From NCBI GenBank assembly GCA_046485285.1, contig JAWOHE010000070.1, positions 1 to 16,082 of the forward strand: DNA of 16,082 nucleotides, written 5' to 3'. Every line of letters starts with the position of its first letter. Position 1 is the first letter of the stretch. Under the pieces are notes generated by a model. That model searched no databases. It saw only the letters and a program-made list of their open reading frames with translations, and was not told the origin of the DNA. The position numbers were made by a program, and so were the translations under genes. This stretch comes from a bacterium (GTDB lineage Bacteria > Hydrothermota > Tepidihabitantia > Tepidihabitantales > Tepidihabitantaceae). Below, in pieces: positions 15,267 to 16,082 of the stretch.

Positions 15267-16082
15267 CTACTCCTTCACGTCCAGCCGGAACTCGCACCGG
15301 CGGTTCATGTGGTACAGCGCCGGGTTCGGCTCGACAATCCGCTCCTCACCGTAGCTTATCGTCGACAACAGCCCGGCATCGACTCCCAGCGAAACAAGGT
15401 ACGACTGCGCCGACAGCGCCCGCCGCATCCCCAGCGCCATGTTGTACTCGTTCGTCGCAATCGGACAGCAGTGACCCTCGATCATCACCTCCGGCCTCAG
15501 CCCCGCCTCGACCAGCGTCTGGATCGCCGCCGCGTTGCTCTTGAGTATCTCGGCGTCGCCCGGCCGGATGAACGACTTGTCCAGGTCGAAGTATATCGGC
15601 GCAAGCTCCGGCCGCTCCGGCTCCTCGACCACCGGCTCAGGCTCAGGCACCGGCTCAGGCTCGGGCACCGGCTCAGGCCGCGGCCGCCGCGTGTTGAGCT
15701 GGTACTCGAGCGCAACCGCAAACCGGCCAAAGCGCTGGCTGGCCTCCCTCGGCGTGAAGCCCTCGAGCTTGGTCACCGCAAGACCGATCCCGACCGGGCC
15801 GAACAGCAGCTTCATGCCCGCGTTCACGTCCCGGCCGTCGGCCTCGACCCCCAGCGTCACGTGCCGCCCGACGTTCACCTCGAGCCCGCCGAACAGCCCC
15901 ACCGCCCACCAGTGTGACGGCGTCGTCTTGTCGAAGAAGATGTCGGTGTTGACGTACCGGCCCCGGTCGTAGCCCACGAACCGCCCCCGGCCCGCCCCGA
16001 GATGCAGCCGGGCAAACGACGCCAAGGGCACGCTCCCGACCGCGAACGCCGAGAAGTTCTCGAACGTGCGGTCCTTCTTGCC
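15267..16082 (-). CDS. OmpA/Pal-type peptidoglycan-binding domain protein with an N-terminal beta-strand-rich region; 5'-partial
   Basis: IYFDLDKS, IEGHC, YNMALGMRRA, ISYGEE and NRRCEF. The frame stays open to the window end (GKKDRTFENFSAFAVGSV...). Confidence 0.9.
   Translation of the reverse strand, partial: GKKDRTFENFSAFAVGSVPLASFARLHLGAGRGRFVGYDRGRYVNTDIFFDKTTPSHWWAVGLFGGLEVNVGRHVTLGVEADGRDVNAGMKLLFGPVGIGLAVTKLEGFTPREASQRFGRFAVALEYQLNTRRPRPEPVPEPEPVPEPEPVVEEPERPELAPIYFDLDKSFIRPGDAEILKSNAAAIQTLVEAGLRPEVMIEGHCCPIATNEYNMALGMRRALSAQSYLVSLGVDAGLLSTISYGEERIVEPNPALYHMNRRCEFRLDVKE
15628..15678 (-). repeat. Coding 18-bp tandem repeat encoding a Pro/Glu linker (PEPVPEPEPVPEPEPV)
   Basis: Repeated accggctcaggctc(a/g)ggc units between the N-terminal region and the OmpA domain. 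Confidence 0.75.

Noticed and set aside
1-16082. Taxonomic assignment (the repeat style and OmpA gene suggested an uncultured lineage such as WOR-3)
   Set aside because: No marker gene is present, and this impression cannot be supported without a database search.

Overview
High-GC bacterial window carrying a large, divergently transcribed RiPP (ribosomally synthesised, post-translationally modified peptide) gene cluster at about 1049-15195. The minus-strand left arm resembles a SynChlorMet (Scm) cassette. In order it encodes two PqqD/RRE proteins, ScmE- and ScmF-like radical SAM/SPASM enzymes, two paralogous 58-59 aa precursors with three CxxG motifs, an ScmC-like kinase fused to an S24/S26 peptidase, an NTP_transf_5-type nucleotidyltransferase and an ABC exporter. 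One of these precursors (5781-5960) is missing from the ORF track. The plus-strand right arm encodes a different Cys-containing precursor ending in Ser, an HPr-kinase-like protein, two more radical SAM/SPASM enzymes and a second nucleotidyltransferase. A chimeric scar (scmC 5' remnant joined to a scmF 3' copy) lies between the two left precursors and records a mosaic duplication. Each precursor has its own near-consensus sigma70 promoter, and two of these have poly-G spacers. The flanks hold a Tyr-rich gene tail, a holin-like membrane protein, a heptamer-repeat-rich spacer and a partial OmpA/Pal-domain gene. Family assignments come from motif recognition, not database searches.
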